Source of the DNA: a virus
Taxonomy: Duplodnaviria; Heunggongvirae; Uroviricota; Caudoviricetes
Length of the DNA stretch: 64,000 nucleotides
IMG/VR virus record: IMGVR_UViG_3300020581_000009
Span: 22,611 to 86,610 of that record
Strand: one strand, 5' to 3'
Below, piece after piece: positions 1 to 9,713 of this stretch. The notes beneath the pieces were generated by a model. It ran no database searches, was not told the origin of the DNA, and worked only from the letters and a program-made list of their open reading frames with translations. The position numbers were made by a program, and so were the translations under genes. Position 1 is the stretch's first letter, and the number at the start of each line of letters is the position of its first letter.

Positions 1-123
1 GAGAGACCCGTTCTTATAGCGCCCGTGTACCACAGGTTTTCCATCATGTCTCTCAATCGTCAACTCAGGCCAGAAGTCATCCGGCATGGATGGAAACTTG
101 TTGACCATCGCTTCTTGTGTCAT
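1..123 (-). CDS. hypothetical protein, partial (N-terminal 41 aa; continues past window edge)
   Basis: ATG at 123-121 overlaps stop of downstream gene in ATGA fashion; reading frame open to position 1. Confidence 0.3.
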   Translation of the reverse strand, partial: MTQEAMVNKFPSMPDDFWPELTIERHDGKPVVHGRYKNGSL

Positions 124-335
124 TCTGGTACTTTCGAGTGAGCATGAGAGCCCTTAATGTGCAAATGCAAATGCTTCCCAATCGACGGCGCGGCCATTAG
201 TGCTTGGTACTTCTGAGGCGGCACGCCTTTATAGCTATAGGTCCCACCATGCTTGAATTTTGCTTCGAGAACCTGAGATTCGGGGTCGTACGCGATGCTT
301 TCGATATTTGAACTCGAAACCGGAATATGGTTCAT
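120..335 (-). CDS. KTSC domain protein
   Basis: PVSSSNIESIAYDPESQVLEAKFKHGGTYSYKGVPPQKYQALMAAPSIGKH matches KTSC (PF13619) pattern; start moved to internal Met that gives ATGA overlap with upstream gene. Confidence 0.55.
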   Translation of the reverse strand: MNHIPVSSSNIESIAYDPESQVLEAKFKHGGTYSYKGVPPQKYQALMAAPSIGKHLHLHIKGSHAHSKVPE

Positions 336-526
336 ATGACCGTCCTTAAGGAGACTTCCTCTCCCGGCGAAAGTTCTATGTAGCACACGCAGTCCTTTAA
401 GGGAACACGTATTAAATGGTCGCCATTGTTACGAACTGTGCAATCATGCAAACCGTAGGTGCTCATGGCTTCGTCCCATCCTTCGCCGTGACCATCAAGA
501 TAGGCATCAACCAATGGATCAGCCAT
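332..526 (-). CDS. hypothetical protein
   Basis: ORF in tightly coupled minus-strand operon. Confidence 0.35.
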   Translation of the reverse strand: MADPLVDAYLDGHGEGWDEAMSTYGLHDCTVRNNGDHLIRVPLKDCVCYIELSPGEEVSLRTVI

Positions 527-794
527 TCATAGTCGCCCGTATAATCGGAGACTGCGGAGCCTCCATGTCGTTCATGAGTCGCTTAGCCGCAGAGTGACAG
601 CCAATGAACAAGTCGCCCCTCTGCATTCCGGCGTAGTTCATTCCGTACCCGCCAGAGGGAGGGGCGGCGATAATCGCCAGAGACGTTATTTGTCCAGCCC
701 TAGCGGAGGCAAGGAAACTCTCTAGCAATTGCACGACCGGATTCGCCAATGCAATCTGCGGGATCGGGGAGACTGATCCGTTCATCTCTGTCAT
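519..794 (-). CDS. hypothetical protein
   Basis: ORF in coupled minus-strand operon. Confidence 0.4.
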   Translation of the reverse strand: MTEMNGSVSPIPQIALANPVVQLLESFLASARAGQITSLAIIAAPPSGGYGMNYAGMQRGDLFIGCHSAAKRLMNDMEAPQSPIIRATMNG

Positions 795-982
795 CCTATG
801 GACATGAATAGATCTACCAAAAACACCAGAACACCTGCTATAACCATGATTCCTCCGCCGACAATCAGGCCAATTTCAAAAATGAACCAACCGTCGTCGA
901 AACTCGCTCTTGGATCCATGTTGAATCCACAAAATATGCTAGAAAAACCGCCAACGACCAATGTTAGTGCTATCCACTTCAT
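791..982 (-). CDS. small membrane protein (two predicted TM helices)
   Basis: two hydrophobic stretches LTLVVGGFSSIFCGF and GLIVGGGIMVIAGVLVFLVDLF. Confidence 0.4.
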   Translation of the reverse strand: MKWIALTLVVGGFSSIFCGFNMDPRASFDDGWFIFEIGLIVGGGIMVIAGVLVFLVDLFMSIG

Positions 983-991
983 GATGATTCC

Positions 992-1183
992 CTATTCTGC
1001 GACAGTGGCATTTTCCACGTCCTCAACTCGATTCGACGACATGATGGCAGACTTCGGGAACACGTTCAGCACACCAGGAACCTTGTATGCCTCGGTCTCC
1101 GCCTCCAGTGCGCTGTGCGCCTTAACCTCTACCCAGTCCTCGATCTTGCGATAGACCCGCACACGGTAGATGCGGGGTCTCAT
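992..1183 (-). CDS. hypothetical protein
   Basis: ORF, 4-bp overlap with upstream gene. Confidence 0.35.
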   Translation of the reverse strand: MRPRIYRVRVYRKIEDWVEVKAHSALEAETEAYKVPGVLNVFPKSAIMSSNRVEDVENATVAE

Positions 1184-1677
1184 ATTGGGTATGCACGTTC
1201 CCAGTCAGTGGCGGCCATGTCTTCGGCACTCGGAGTGTAACCGCCGCCAGCGGATGATTCTCTTTTGCCACATACCGGCACCCAGTCATCTGGGTCACAA
1301 TCGGTGCCACTTCCTCCGCCATTCCATCCTATGGTTTGGCTATATAGAAGACTACCGTCTACCATACGGTATGGGGGATAATCTCCACGAACACACCAAA
1401 CCATGCGATAGGTCTCGCCTACCACAGAAGTGGCGCCTTCGCCTGCCGGTAGTACCGTCCCAGACTTGACGGTCGCGACGGGCCAGCACTTCCGCCGCAC
1501 ATACCGAGACCTACTTGCAGGCGGCCATGGCGCCTTCATCTGCTCTATCGCCCATGCCCAATCACGCCCAGGTGAATCAAACACTGCCTGAGGAACCACT
1601 TCAATACCAAGTTTCTCGTCCCGAGACCTGTCATCGACAACCTTCGTGGCATCAACAGGCTTCCGCCACCAAAACAT
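1180..1677 (-). CDS. hypothetical protein
   Basis: ORF immediately downstream of terminase, 1-nt overlap. Confidence 0.4.
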   Translation of the reverse strand: MFWWRKPVDATKVVDDRSRDEKLGIEVVPQAVFDSPGRDWAWAIEQMKAPWPPASRSRYVRRKCWPVATVKSGTVLPAGEGATSVVGETYRMVWCVRGDYPPYRMVDGSLLYSQTIGWNGGGSGTDCDPDDWVPVCGKRESSAGGGYTPSAEDMAATDWERAYPI

Positions 1678-3374
1678 TAATGCAGCACCCCATACGACTC
1701 CGCCACACTCACTTGCTGACGGTAATTCGACATCTCGTCATCCATCGCGGCGGACATCTCGTCGCCACGCATGATAAGACCGGCTTCGCGAAGCCATGAG
1801 ATTGCCATGCTGGCGGTATCGACCAGATCGTCATGGTCGGCTTTTGGGAACGATTGGCACTGAATCAGTACCATTTCCGCCCACCTTGTGTCCGGCGCCC
1901 AAATTGTTCCATCCGCGAACAGCGGCTCTACGGACCACGCCCTAGACACCTTGTCACCGATTGGATCGATTAGTTCCACACCCCAATTCTCTCTTGCATA
2001 TAGACGATTGATTTCTTGCGCAACGTCACGACCACGAGTCTTGTTTTCGATTAGAAGCCTCTGCACCTTATACTTCTTGCAGGTATTTGCCACCCACTCC
2101 ACAAGCCCCCAACTCTTCTGCTTTCGTTCCTCAAAATTAACTTTGGCCTCGCCTTGAATGTATTCAACTGGAGTACCGTGTAACGGAAGTCTCTTATTCC
2201 AAGCAAACATCAACATGAGGCGCCGATTTTTGGCTTTGTCAATCCAGATACCCCACACAGTCAGAGCGTTATAGTCGTTTTCCTGCTTCTCTCCGTATGA
2301 CGTGTCTACGCTAGCTAGGATCAATTCCATGTGAGGAAACTCTTTCCTCTCTGAATTCCAGACTAGGCCATATCTCTCTGCTTCCTCGTGATCCCACAAT
2401 CTCCAATATTCTCGCTTGAGAATTCCGCCGCCCTTCGGCGTTGGGCACTGCTGTAAACGACCGCTTGACATATACGGGCCAAGGGCTTCTTCAAGCTTCT
2501 CAACCTCTCGCTCCCCGAAGCGCTCGGGCCACATAAGCTCGCCATCAAATGTGCGAGGATCTTCCCATGGTTCGTCGTTGTCGTACTGAGGAAGCCTTAC
2601 GGTTACGCAATGACGCATTTCGTCGTGGCGCATCGGAAGCATCAAGTGTGTCCAGCGCTCATCACTATCAAGAATAACTCCAGACAGATCGCCCTCATGA
2701 AGGCGCTGCATCACAACTACAATCGAGCTTAGCTTTGGATCATTCAAACGAGTCGAGTGAAGTTCCTTCCACCAATTCTTTACGCGGTCTCTGTCGGATT
2801 CTGTTTCGACGGCCTCTGTGTTGTGCGGATCATCTATTACAAGAATATCTCCTCCGATACCGAGTAATGTTCCGCCCACTGACGTTGCAATTCTCGACCC
2901 GCCAGCAGTCGTATCAAATTGTTGTTTGGAGTTTTGGTCCCATCTAAGGATAACCTTTTCACCCCATTTATTCTGATACCATGGGCTTTGAATCAAGCGT
3001 CTGTTCTTGTTTGAGTTCTGAAGCGCGAGATCGTGATTATAACTACCACACAGAAACCTGACCTGTGGGCCACTCCAGTATGAAATCTCCGACCTTGCCC
3101 AAGTCCATGCCGGCCACGAGATTGAGGCGATATTGGTTTTGCCCGTGCGTGGCGAAATATTTATCAGCAAACGCGGGATATGACCGAGAGTGACTCCCTC
3201 TAAATGATCGCAAAGGGCATCGACGGACCAAGTTTTTTTGTACTCTGAACTGTCAATAGTTGACCATGCGCCACGCACAAAACTGCTAAGACTATCTTCG
3301 TATCTCTCTTGCTCAACTCTCTTGGTTAGCTCGGCAATCTTTCCTTTGAGCGCAAGCAGTCCTTCTTGGTTCAA
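1677..3374 (-). CDS. terL: phage terminase large subunit
   Basis: 565 aa; Walker A-like ISPRTGKT and Walker B DILVIDDPH in N-terminal ATPase domain, C-terminal nuclease-like region; size and context typical of TerL. Confidence 0.8.
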   Translation of the reverse strand: MNQEGLLALKGKIAELTKRVEQERYEDSLSSFVRGAWSTIDSSEYKKTWSVDALCDHLEGVTLGHIPRLLINISPRTGKTNIASISWPAWTWARSEISYWSGPQVRFLCGSYNHDLALQNSNKNRRLIQSPWYQNKWGEKVILRWDQNSKQQFDTTAGGSRIATSVGGTLLGIGGDILVIDDPHNTEAVETESDRDRVKNWWKELHSTRLNDPKLSSIVVVMQRLHEGDLSGVILDSDERWTHLMLPMRHDEMRHCVTVRLPQYDNDEPWEDPRTFDGELMWPERFGEREVEKLEEALGPYMSSGRLQQCPTPKGGGILKREYWRLWDHEEAERYGLVWNSERKEFPHMELILASVDTSYGEKQENDYNALTVWGIWIDKAKNRRLMLMFAWNKRLPLHGTPVEYIQGEAKVNFEERKQKSWGLVEWVANTCKKYKVQRLLIENKTRGRDVAQEINRLYARENWGVELIDPIGDKVSRAWSVEPLFADGTIWAPDTRWAEMVLIQCQSFPKADHDDLVDTASMAISWLREAGLIMRGDEMSAAMDDEMSNYRQQVSVAESYGVLH

Positions 3375-3718
3375 GGCGCGTCTTTTTCCTTCGCCGCCTT
3401 CTCAAGCACCTCGATACGCTCCCTAAGCAACGCGAGATAATCGGCCTTGTTTGGCTCACACGGACAACCAAGTTTGTCTTCCAACTCCTTGACGCGGCGG
3501 AGAAGGTCAAGAAACTCGTATATCCGATCCACTGTCCACGGATGTATCTGCGATAGCGGGATGGCCGGCGGAGGAACTGATGGCGGCCACACAGGTATCT
3601 CCTGCGGTCGCCACGGCGGATTGTGCTGAAACTGCCAATCAGCAATCATGCAATAGGTGCACATTATTGCGCTCTCACTTCGGAACCGGTTGTTCCGAAT
3701 ACGCCGAGTCTGCTTCAT
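3371..3718 (-). CDS. hypothetical protein upstream of terL (small-terminase position)
   Basis: ATGA overlap with terL start; C-terminal coiled coil; no recognisable motif. Confidence 0.4.
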   Translation of the reverse strand: MKQTRRIRNNRFRSESAIMCTYCMIADWQFQHNPPWRPQEIPVWPPSVPPPAIPLSQIHPWTVDRIYEFLDLLRRVKELEDKLGCPCEPNKADYLALLRERIEVLEKAAKEKDAP

Positions 3719-3872
3719 CGGCCCAAGGACTTACCGTTCCGTCCGGATGGATCTTAACCGGCTTATTATCCTCTTTCAGGATCGCCTCCAACTCGTCAAT
3801 CGTCATTGTCTTGCCGGTGGAGCGCTTCTTGATGTCCGCGAAAGACTCGCCCTGCGTCACGGCACCGGCCAT
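3675..3872 (-). CDS. hypothetical protein
   Basis: ORF in operon. Confidence 0.35.
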   Translation of the reverse strand: MAGAVTQGESFADIKKRSTGKTMTIDELEAILKEDNKPVKIHPDGTVSPWADEADSAYSEQPVPK

Positions 3873-3884
3873 GCCTCTGAGGAA

Positions 3885-4124
3885 CTATATCTCTGCAATG
3901 GCGCGCTCCAACAGTTCCAGCGACACCGTTCGGACCAATACGTTTACGTTGCTGTCGGCGGTGTCCGTCAAGGTCTCTCCTGTCCCAGCATGGCGCAGAC
4001 CGTTTTCAATGGCGTGGCGCAATTCCCCAACGATGTCCCCGCCGGTATCAACGCGAATTGCCATCAGGTCTCTCCCATTGCGTATGCGATAATTCCAACT
4101 ATGACCGGGAACGCAATCGGCCAA
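3885..4124 (-). CDS. hypothetical protein
   Basis: ORF in operon. Confidence 0.35.
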   Translation of the reverse strand: MADCVPGHSWNYRIRNGRDLMAIRVDTGGDIVGELRHAIENGLRHAGTGETLTDTADSNVNVLVRTVSLELLERAIAEI

Positions 4125-4215
4125 AACGATGTCCCGACACCGCGATTATATCGCGCCCACAGTGGGATCGATACGGCATACAGGATCAGCGTAAGCAGAA
4201 GAGGCCGACCGTCAA

Positions 4216-4689
4216 TCACGCAGCTAGTTTCCTCAGCTTGTCCCGCCCACGCTTGGTCGTCCTCAGCGCAAATCCTTGATCCGGCTTTATCTCCGGTCTG
4301 TCGGATCCAGCCCAGACAACGCCCTTCACTACTTGACCGATCTCGATCATGCCCTTGCACATGAGACGATCTATTGCGGGGTTCGCTCGCCGCCATGTTG
4401 GCGTTATCGTCGTGAAAAGGCTCTCGTCTTCGTCGGCAAGAAGCGCCGACAAATGCTCTATCTCGTCCTTGTCGAGTTCGCCGTCCCACGGCACGACGGT
4501 ATCAGCCATCCCACGAGTCGCATCCCGCATGGCCGCAGCAAGACGGTTGTGCGCCTCGGTGAAATTCAGGTGCGGTTGTACGAACGGATCGCTCTTGCGC
4601 GCCTGTAGTGCGCCCTCGATGGTCTTGAGTGCGCCTGTGGTGAAGACCAATGTTTCGAGGTCCGCGAGATCAACGGTGACATCAGTCAT
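4216..4689 (-). CDS. hypothetical protein
   Basis: 157-aa ORF. Confidence 0.45.
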   Translation of the reverse strand: MTDVTVDLADLETLVFTTGALKTIEGALQARKSDPFVQPHLNFTEAHNRLAAAMRDATRGMADTVVPWDGELDKDEIEHLSALLADEDESLFTTITPTWRRANPAIDRLMCKGMIEIGQVVKGVVWAGSDRPEIKPDQGFALRTTKRGRDKLRKLAA

Positions 4690-4867
4690 TGGAGCGATCC
4701 CGCTTATTTTCGCGAACCGGCGGCCTACCGAAGTAGTTCATCTTCACGCCCGGCCACACGGAGCCACGAAACTCGTTGCGGCGAGCGGCGCGGTATGTCC
4801 ACGCAGGACGCGGCTGGCCTTTGACGGGAGTGTATACGTATGTAACTTCGGTGGTTGATGTGGTCAT
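4682..4867 (-). CDS. hypothetical small protein
   Basis: ORF overlapping upstream gene by 8 bp. Confidence 0.3.
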   Translation of the reverse strand: MTTSTTEVTYVYTPVKGQPRPAWTYRAARRNEFRGSVWPGVKMNYFGRPPVRENKRDRSND

Positions 4868-5065
4868 TTCTTGCGGTACTCGACGGTGCCGATGGCCTCG
4901 CCAGTCTCCGTCAACTCATAGACGCCGACTTTGGTCTTCTCGCCAAGATCGGCCAGATCCGTCAAGTCCTCAGTCGCAATGAAGTAGTGCGAGGTACCGT
5001 CCGGCTCGATTTTCACATAGAGCGTCTGCGGGAATTTCTTCATGGCATTGAATCCTTATGTTGTA

Positions 5066-5299
5066 TCAGGGGATGATTTTTATATTCACGGCTTGCGGCG
5101 CCTTCCCCTCGACCGGCTCCAGATCGAACGATAGCTTCGTGCCGGCGGGAGGGGCCTCGGTGAAACCTGACTTCTTCAGAGGATTGATGTGGACAAACGT
5201 GTCAACTTTGCCCTCACGCGAAATAAATCCGAATCCTTTATCTTGAATGAAAAATTTGAGGACTCCGGTATCAGACGGTAGCTTCTCAGTCTCGCTCAT
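5066..5299 (-). CDS. cold-shock domain DNA/RNA-binding protein
   Basis: KGFGFI RNP1-like motif (VLKFFIQDKGFGFISREGKVDTFVHINPL); start set at internal Met MSETEK. Confidence 0.7.
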   Translation of the reverse strand: MSETEKLPSDTGVLKFFIQDKGFGFISREGKVDTFVHINPLKKSGFTEAPPAGTKLSFDLEPVEGKAPQAVNIKIIP

Positions 5300-5392
5300 G
5301 CTCTGCTCTGTTGGTGGTGGGATTTCATAGTCCGAAAAGAATTGCTGCGGCACGGTTCGAGTCGCGCGCTTGTCCACTGAACTCCAGCGCAC

Positions 5393-5590
5393 TCAATTGA
5401 CCGGGACAATGGTTGTGCCGCCGTAAAACTGTAGGGTGCTGCTAGTGCCGTACGGTGGAGGCGCCTCGACGCACTTGCCGGCGATCTTCTGCTTCTCCAG
5501 CATCGCCCTCCGCCCCTCGCACTTTTCCTGCGAATCAAACCCTGCGGTCACAAGCGATCCGGCGACGATGCCGATATAAATCCACGTCAT
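5393..5590 (-). CDS. small membrane protein
   Basis: N-terminal hydrophobic helix IYIGIVAGSLVTAGF. Confidence 0.3.
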   Translation of the reverse strand: MTWIYIGIVAGSLVTAGFDSQEKCEGRRAMLEKQKIAGKCVEAPPPYGTSSTLQFYGGTTIVPVN

Positions 5591-5679
5591 GCAATCCTCT
5601 CTTGATATGGAACAATGACTATGTTAATCACATTGTGCCTTTTTTACCCCGAAGTCAACCCCCTTGCCAGGAAGACCAT

Positions 5680-5934
5680 ATGCCTGAAATGACCGCAGTC
5701 GAAGCCCTCTTCAAGTGCGGCGAGGCCCTGTATGGCCAGAACTGGCTCCGACGCACGGCAAAGTTGGTTGGGATGTCACCGACTACATTCAGCAAGTGGC
5801 GGGGAGGCAAGACCAAGGCGTTTGATTCGCGGCACTCGATCTTCCCGGTCCTGGCATACAAGATGCGGATCCGGGCCAAGGAGCTTGAGGCTACGGCGGC
5901 GGAGATCGACGCTTGGCGGGACGACGGACGGTGA
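5680..5934 (+). CDS. small HTH DNA-binding protein
   Basis: MPEMTAVEALFKCGEALYGQNWLRRTAKLVGMSPTTFSKWRGG helix-turn-helix-like; ATG at 5680 in frame with listed ORF. Confidence 0.5.
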   Translation: MPEMTAVEALFKCGEALYGQNWLRRTAKLVGMSPTTFSKWRGGKTKAFDSRHSIFPVLAYKMRIRAKELEATAAEIDAWRDDGR

Positions 5935-6119
5935 ACGACCTTCTAAAAATCCACGGGGAGGGAAATTGCCATATCTGCGGCCAACCGAAGATAAGCGAAG
6001 GCGCCGACATTTGCAGCTACCCTCATGGGATGATTCCAGTCAAAGCGGTTGACCCTGAACATGCTGAGGGCTTTTGGACGTGGGAGTACGTCGGTGCCGT
6101 CCAAGAACCCACGCCGTGA
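5931..6119 (+). CDS. hypothetical Cys/His-containing small protein
   Basis: GTG start overlapping previous stop (GTGA); CHICGQ...CSYPH. Confidence 0.25.
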   Translation: MNDLLKIHGEGNCHICGQPKISEGADICSYPHGMIPVKAVDPEHAEGFWTWEYVGAVQEPTP

Positions 6120-6270
6120 CACCGACATAATCCGCCGATTCGTCGCAGGAGAAGTAACCAAGCAGATCGCACACCTGTACGGGATAAGCGGAGAGCGCGT
6201 CTACCAGATAGTTAAACTGTACGCAGGACTCAATAGACGAAAGATTAAGGCAATGAAAAACGGAGAATAG
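6049..6270 (+). CDS. HTH DNA-binding protein (sigma-70 region-4-like)
   Basis: DIIRRFVAGEVTKQIAHLYGISGERVYQIV. Confidence 0.45.
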   Translation: MTLNMLRAFGRGSTSVPSKNPRRDTDIIRRFVAGEVTKQIAHLYGISGERVYQIVKLYAGLNRRKIKAMKNGE

Positions 6271-6273
6271 ACG

Positions 6274-6558
6274 ATGATTTACCATGTAGGTCAAAAAGTT
6301 ATATGTGTCCGCGATGATAAAGGACGTGTATTCCCGAATCTAAATGTCTTAACTCGCGGCACAATATACACAATTCGTGGTCTTGTGGACAATGATGGTG
6401 TGCTCCTTGAAGAAGTTATATTACCAAACTACCCTTACGACCCATGGAAGAAACATGAAGTCTCATTTGCAATAGACCGATTCCGCCCCGTCAAGACCAC
6501 GGATATCTCGATCTTCACCGCCATGCTCGCCCCATCTCCAGTCAAGGAGACGGTGTAG
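6274..6558 (+). CDS. hypothetical protein
   Basis: ORF, AT-richer codon usage. Confidence 0.45.
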   Translation: MIYHVGQKVICVRDDKGRVFPNLNVLTRGTIYTIRGLVDNDGVLLEEVILPNYPYDPWKKHEVSFAIDRFRPVKTTDISIFTAMLAPSPVKETV

Positions 6559-6893
6559 TGGCGGTCTCTGAGGTGGATTTCACAACCGATAATTTACTTG
6601 TTAAGTCATACGAGCGATATTCGTTCGCTCACACAGATTTGCGTGGACTATACGCTTCGTTCGCTCAAACTAAGGAAATGGTGGCGGCGGAAATCTTAAA
6701 TAACTCATTCGAATCAGTCGCCACAGTGAGCCTCCCCACCGCCATCGCCCTGGGTGCTGCCGCAGTTATCATAAAGAACCCAGAGGTTTCCCGTAGAGGT
6801 GTGCTGGGACTATTCTCGCGCGACCTAGATCTTGACCCTGTAGCAGAGGCAACACCTACCGCCGAAGTCGGGCGCACCTTGGATTTCTCATGA
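6558..6893 (+). CDS. hypothetical protein
   Basis: ORF, overlapping start/stop. Confidence 0.4.
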   Translation: MAVSEVDFTTDNLLVKSYERYSFAHTDLRGLYASFAQTKEMVAAEILNNSFESVATVSLPTAIALGAAAVIIKNPEVSRRGVLGLFSRDLDLDPVAEATPTAEVGRTLDFS

Positions 6894-7174
6894 CCTTCCC
6901 CAGAATTCCAGGCGACTCAGTCTGTGACGCATTCCGCGCCGCCGCCGAAACCAATGGACTCACCCACGTAGAGGTCGGCGCAGCCCTCGCTACCCTCATA
7001 GCCGGGTGGCTGTCCTCCCTATCACCAAGCACCTTCGCAACCGACGAACAGGTTGATTCGGTCATTGATATGCTCACGGATACAGTGAAAGTGTCACTGG
7101 AGGAGCACCGCAAGATGGTCGAGGCTATGCAGAAACCAGAACCAAAGCGGGTGTCGCCGTTCCATGAAGGATAA
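6890..7174 (+). CDS. hypothetical protein
   Basis: ORF, ATGA overlap. Confidence 0.4.
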   Translation: MTFPRIPGDSVCDAFRAAAETNGLTHVEVGAALATLIAGWLSSLSPSTFATDEQVDSVIDMLTDTVKVSLEEHRKMVEAMQKPEPKRVSPFHEG

Positions 7175-7328
7175 ACCGCAGAAGCCTAAACCGATCAAGC
7201 GCGACGAATACCGCCGTTTGCCGATCACGCGCGTTCCGTACAGTGAACCGCCAACACCCGGACTGCGCCGCAAAGAACTATCCAGCGCCTTCGGATTTCG
7301 CTATGATCCACCGGATGAGGAAGAGTGA
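7164..7328 (+). CDS. hypothetical small basic protein (54 aa)
   Basis: MKDKPQKPKPIKRDEYRRLPITR...; below 60-aa cutoff of ORF track; overlaps previous stop. Confidence 0.25.
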   Translation: MKDKPQKPKPIKRDEYRRLPITRVPYSEPPTPGLRRKELSSAFGFRYDPPDEEE

Positions 7329-7489
7329 TGTGGTATAATACTTAGTCTGGTCACGAACCTTAACGCGCCGGCAGTGGTAACGCTGCCTGACCGGTCACAA
7401 TGTCAGCTTTCGGGGTAGTGGGCTCCTTTGAATAAGGCAGCGGCGATCGGCCCCTAGCGCCGTGACGCCGGTCCCGGCATACTCGCATC

Positions 7490-7750
7490 ATGCCCGAACC
7501 ACGCCGCAAACGCCCCCGTGATCCCGCCCAGCTCGCCAAACTCATGATCGATATCGCCAGCGGCGAGGTCGAGGATCGCGAGCCGACGCCCGAGGAACAG
7601 GGCAAAAACCCGGCCGCTGTAAAACGTGGTCGGCTAGGTGGCGCCGTTGGTGGCAAGGTGCGCGCAGCCAACCCGACTAAGGGGCGCCGCGTGGAGATTG
7701 CGAAAAAGGCCGCTAAAAGTCGCTGGAAAACCTCGGCTCGTAGTGAGTAG
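7490..7750 (+). CDS. IS-associated small Arg/Lys-rich protein (accessory ORF)
   Basis: RPRDPAQLAKLMIDIASGEVEDREPTPEE...RRVEIAKKAAKSRW; paralog of 23614-23862 in identical position relative to transposase. Confidence 0.55.
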   Translation: MPEPRRKRPRDPAQLAKLMIDIASGEVEDREPTPEEQGKNPAAVKRGRLGGAVGGKVRAANPTKGRRVEIAKKAAKSRWKTSARSE

Positions 7751-7949
7751 CCGCCAATTCAGTCACTTGCTGGCGTGTAATCAATAGGCTGCGCAGTCCC
7801 TGCATCAAAATAAACGGCTGCATCATTGGCTCTACAAAGCGATAACGATATTTTCCATTCGTTCGTGCTCGCCAATCTTCGTCGGTCTGCGGCCGGGTAT
7901 CCGGGACATTCATGATGAAACCGCCTCATTTCTGGCACACTAGAGGCGT

Positions 7950-8901
7950 TTGTCACACACTAAAGCCGAATTAGCAACATTTAATGCAAAAACCGTGTTG
8001 ACACCGGCACTGTTCTCAAGCATAAGGGTGCCTATGAACAGATTGACCCCAGAAGAACGTGCGAAAATCCTCCATCTTCTCTGTGAGGGCAATTCGATCC
8101 GCGCCGTCACCCGGCTAACGGGCGCGAGCAAGAAGGCCGTCACAAAGCTCCTAGTCGACGCCGGCCAAGCCGCCGCCTGGTATCAGGATCGGGTGTTCGT
8201 TAATCTCACCTGCAAAGCGCATCCAGGTCGATGAAATCTGGGCGTTCGTCTATGCCAAGCAAAAGAACGTCCCGACCGCCAAGGCCGCGCCGGCCAATGC
8301 GGGCGACGTGTGGACATGGACCGCGATCGATGCCGATACCAAGCTGATCCCGTCTTGGTTCGTCGGCGGCCGGGACAGTGACGCAGCGATCATCTTCATG
8401 GACGACCTTCGGTCGCGCCTTGCGAACCGCGTCCAACTGACCAGCGATGGCCACAAGGCCTACCTCGAAGCAGTCGAGGGGGCGTTCGGTGGTGACGTTG
8501 ATTACGCGATGCTGGTCAAGCTCTATGGACAGTCATCGGAACTCGCCAAGGGCCGCTACAGTCCCGCTGAATGCATCGGTGCGCGTAAGGAAGCGATCGA
8601 AGGCAATCCTGATCCGGCGCATATCAGCACGTCCTATGCCGAGCGGCAAAACCTGAACGTGCGGATGCATACCCGCCGCTTTACCCGGCTCACGAATGCA
8701 TTCAGCAAGAAGGTCAAGAACCACGCGCATTCCGTGGCCCTGTTCGCGATGTACTACAATTTCGTCCGCATCCATAAGACGCTGCGGACCACGCCGGCAA
8801 TGGCCGCGAAGGTGACCGAGCGGCTTTGGGAAATGGGTGATATCGTGAATGTGCTTGAGGCTTGGGAAGTGTCTACGTCAACCAAAGGAGAAGCAGCATG
8901 A
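7950..8901 (+). pseudogene. IS1/IS1595-like DDE transposase, frameshifted (two ORFs 7950-8234 and 8308-8901)
   Basis: N-terminal HTH part and catalytic part homologous to intact copy 24606-25454; one extra A at tgcaAagcg (~8215) relative to the tgcaagcgc frame of the intact copy. Confidence 0.6.
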
Positions 8902-9140
8902 CAACGGAACAAGAGAAGCTCGGAAGAGAGCGTATGGTCGCACAGCCATTCACCCCAGTTGCGAATCTTGGCAATGATAGCCGCGATTCACGCTCTCTCG
9001 AATACATCGCGTTCTATCTTGGCGAGATCACAAATCATCTTGCTGGGATCGCCGCTCAACTGAACAACAATAGCGTTAATGGAACGAAGATCGCGCTGGA
9101 ATTACAAGGCCTCGCCCAGGTCCTTCAGATGAAGCCATAA
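8898..9140 (+). CDS. hypothetical protein (IS cargo)
   Basis: ATGA overlap with transposase stop, lies inside right IR. Confidence 0.4.
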   Translation: MTTEQEKLGRERMVAQPFTPVANLGNDSRDSRSLEYIAFYLGEITNHLAGIAAQLNNNSVNGTKIALELQGLAQVLQMKP

Positions 9141-9407
9141 AACCAATTTCGATCAGTTCATCATCCGTCACGGAATCCCAGCGCGACAGGACGTCAACCG
9201 CTGTCGCGAGGGGAATCCCGCGCACAAAAAATTCATTCAACGTGGGCTTGGGTCTTGTGTTCATATCCTGCCACAATCAAAGGAGCCCACTACCCAGATA
9301 GGGCATTCAATCTTATGCTTTGGTAACTCGTTGCCGCATGTGTAGCAGTGCGTCTGCTTAGCGGCAATCTCACGATCCATCTGGTCTATGGTATCCACGC
9401 CATCCTC

Positions 9408-9713
9408 CTACGCCGCATCCATCCACACATGGCCGTCGCCACGACACGCACCCTTGACCGACCACGACCGCGTAAACCAATTGTGCCAGTGGCCTAACTT
9501 CCGACGTACTGTCCCGTCAGAATACCGAACCACAAGAACCTGATAGGACTGTAGCCATACCCACCCAACATCATGTGTCAGAATCGGAATGACCGCGACA
9601 CGATACCTCAATCCAACTATCGTGCCAGGAACCTTGTGCATCATCGGCCGCGTCTCGGAGAATATCCGCTGCCGCCGCAAGCCACACACCCAGAACCATG
9701 GCACATGAGACAC
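9408..9713 (-). CDS. hypothetical protein
   Basis: ORF overlapping 9641-9994 in another frame; uncertain which is real. Confidence 0.2.
   Translation of the reverse strand: MSHVPWFWVCGLRRQRIFSETRPMMHKVPGTIVGLRYRVAVIPILTHDVGWVWLQSYQVLVVRYSDGTVRRKLGHWHNWFTRSWSVKGACRGDGHVWMDAA

Larger units (their letters stand above)
7414..9294 (+). mobile_element. IS1/IS1595-superfamily-like insertion element, copy 1, with accessory and cargo ORFs
   Basis: perfect 17-18 bp terminal inverted repeats GGTAGTGGGCTCCTTTG (7414-7430) and reverse complement (9278-9294); transposase with IS1 InsB-like C-terminal signature; no target-site duplication detectable. Confidence 0.65.

Noticed and set aside
8200-8320. Programmed IS1-style -1 frameshift joining the two transposase ORFs of copy 1
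   Set aside because: The required shift is +1 and there is no A6C-type slippery site. A pseudogene is more parsimonious.
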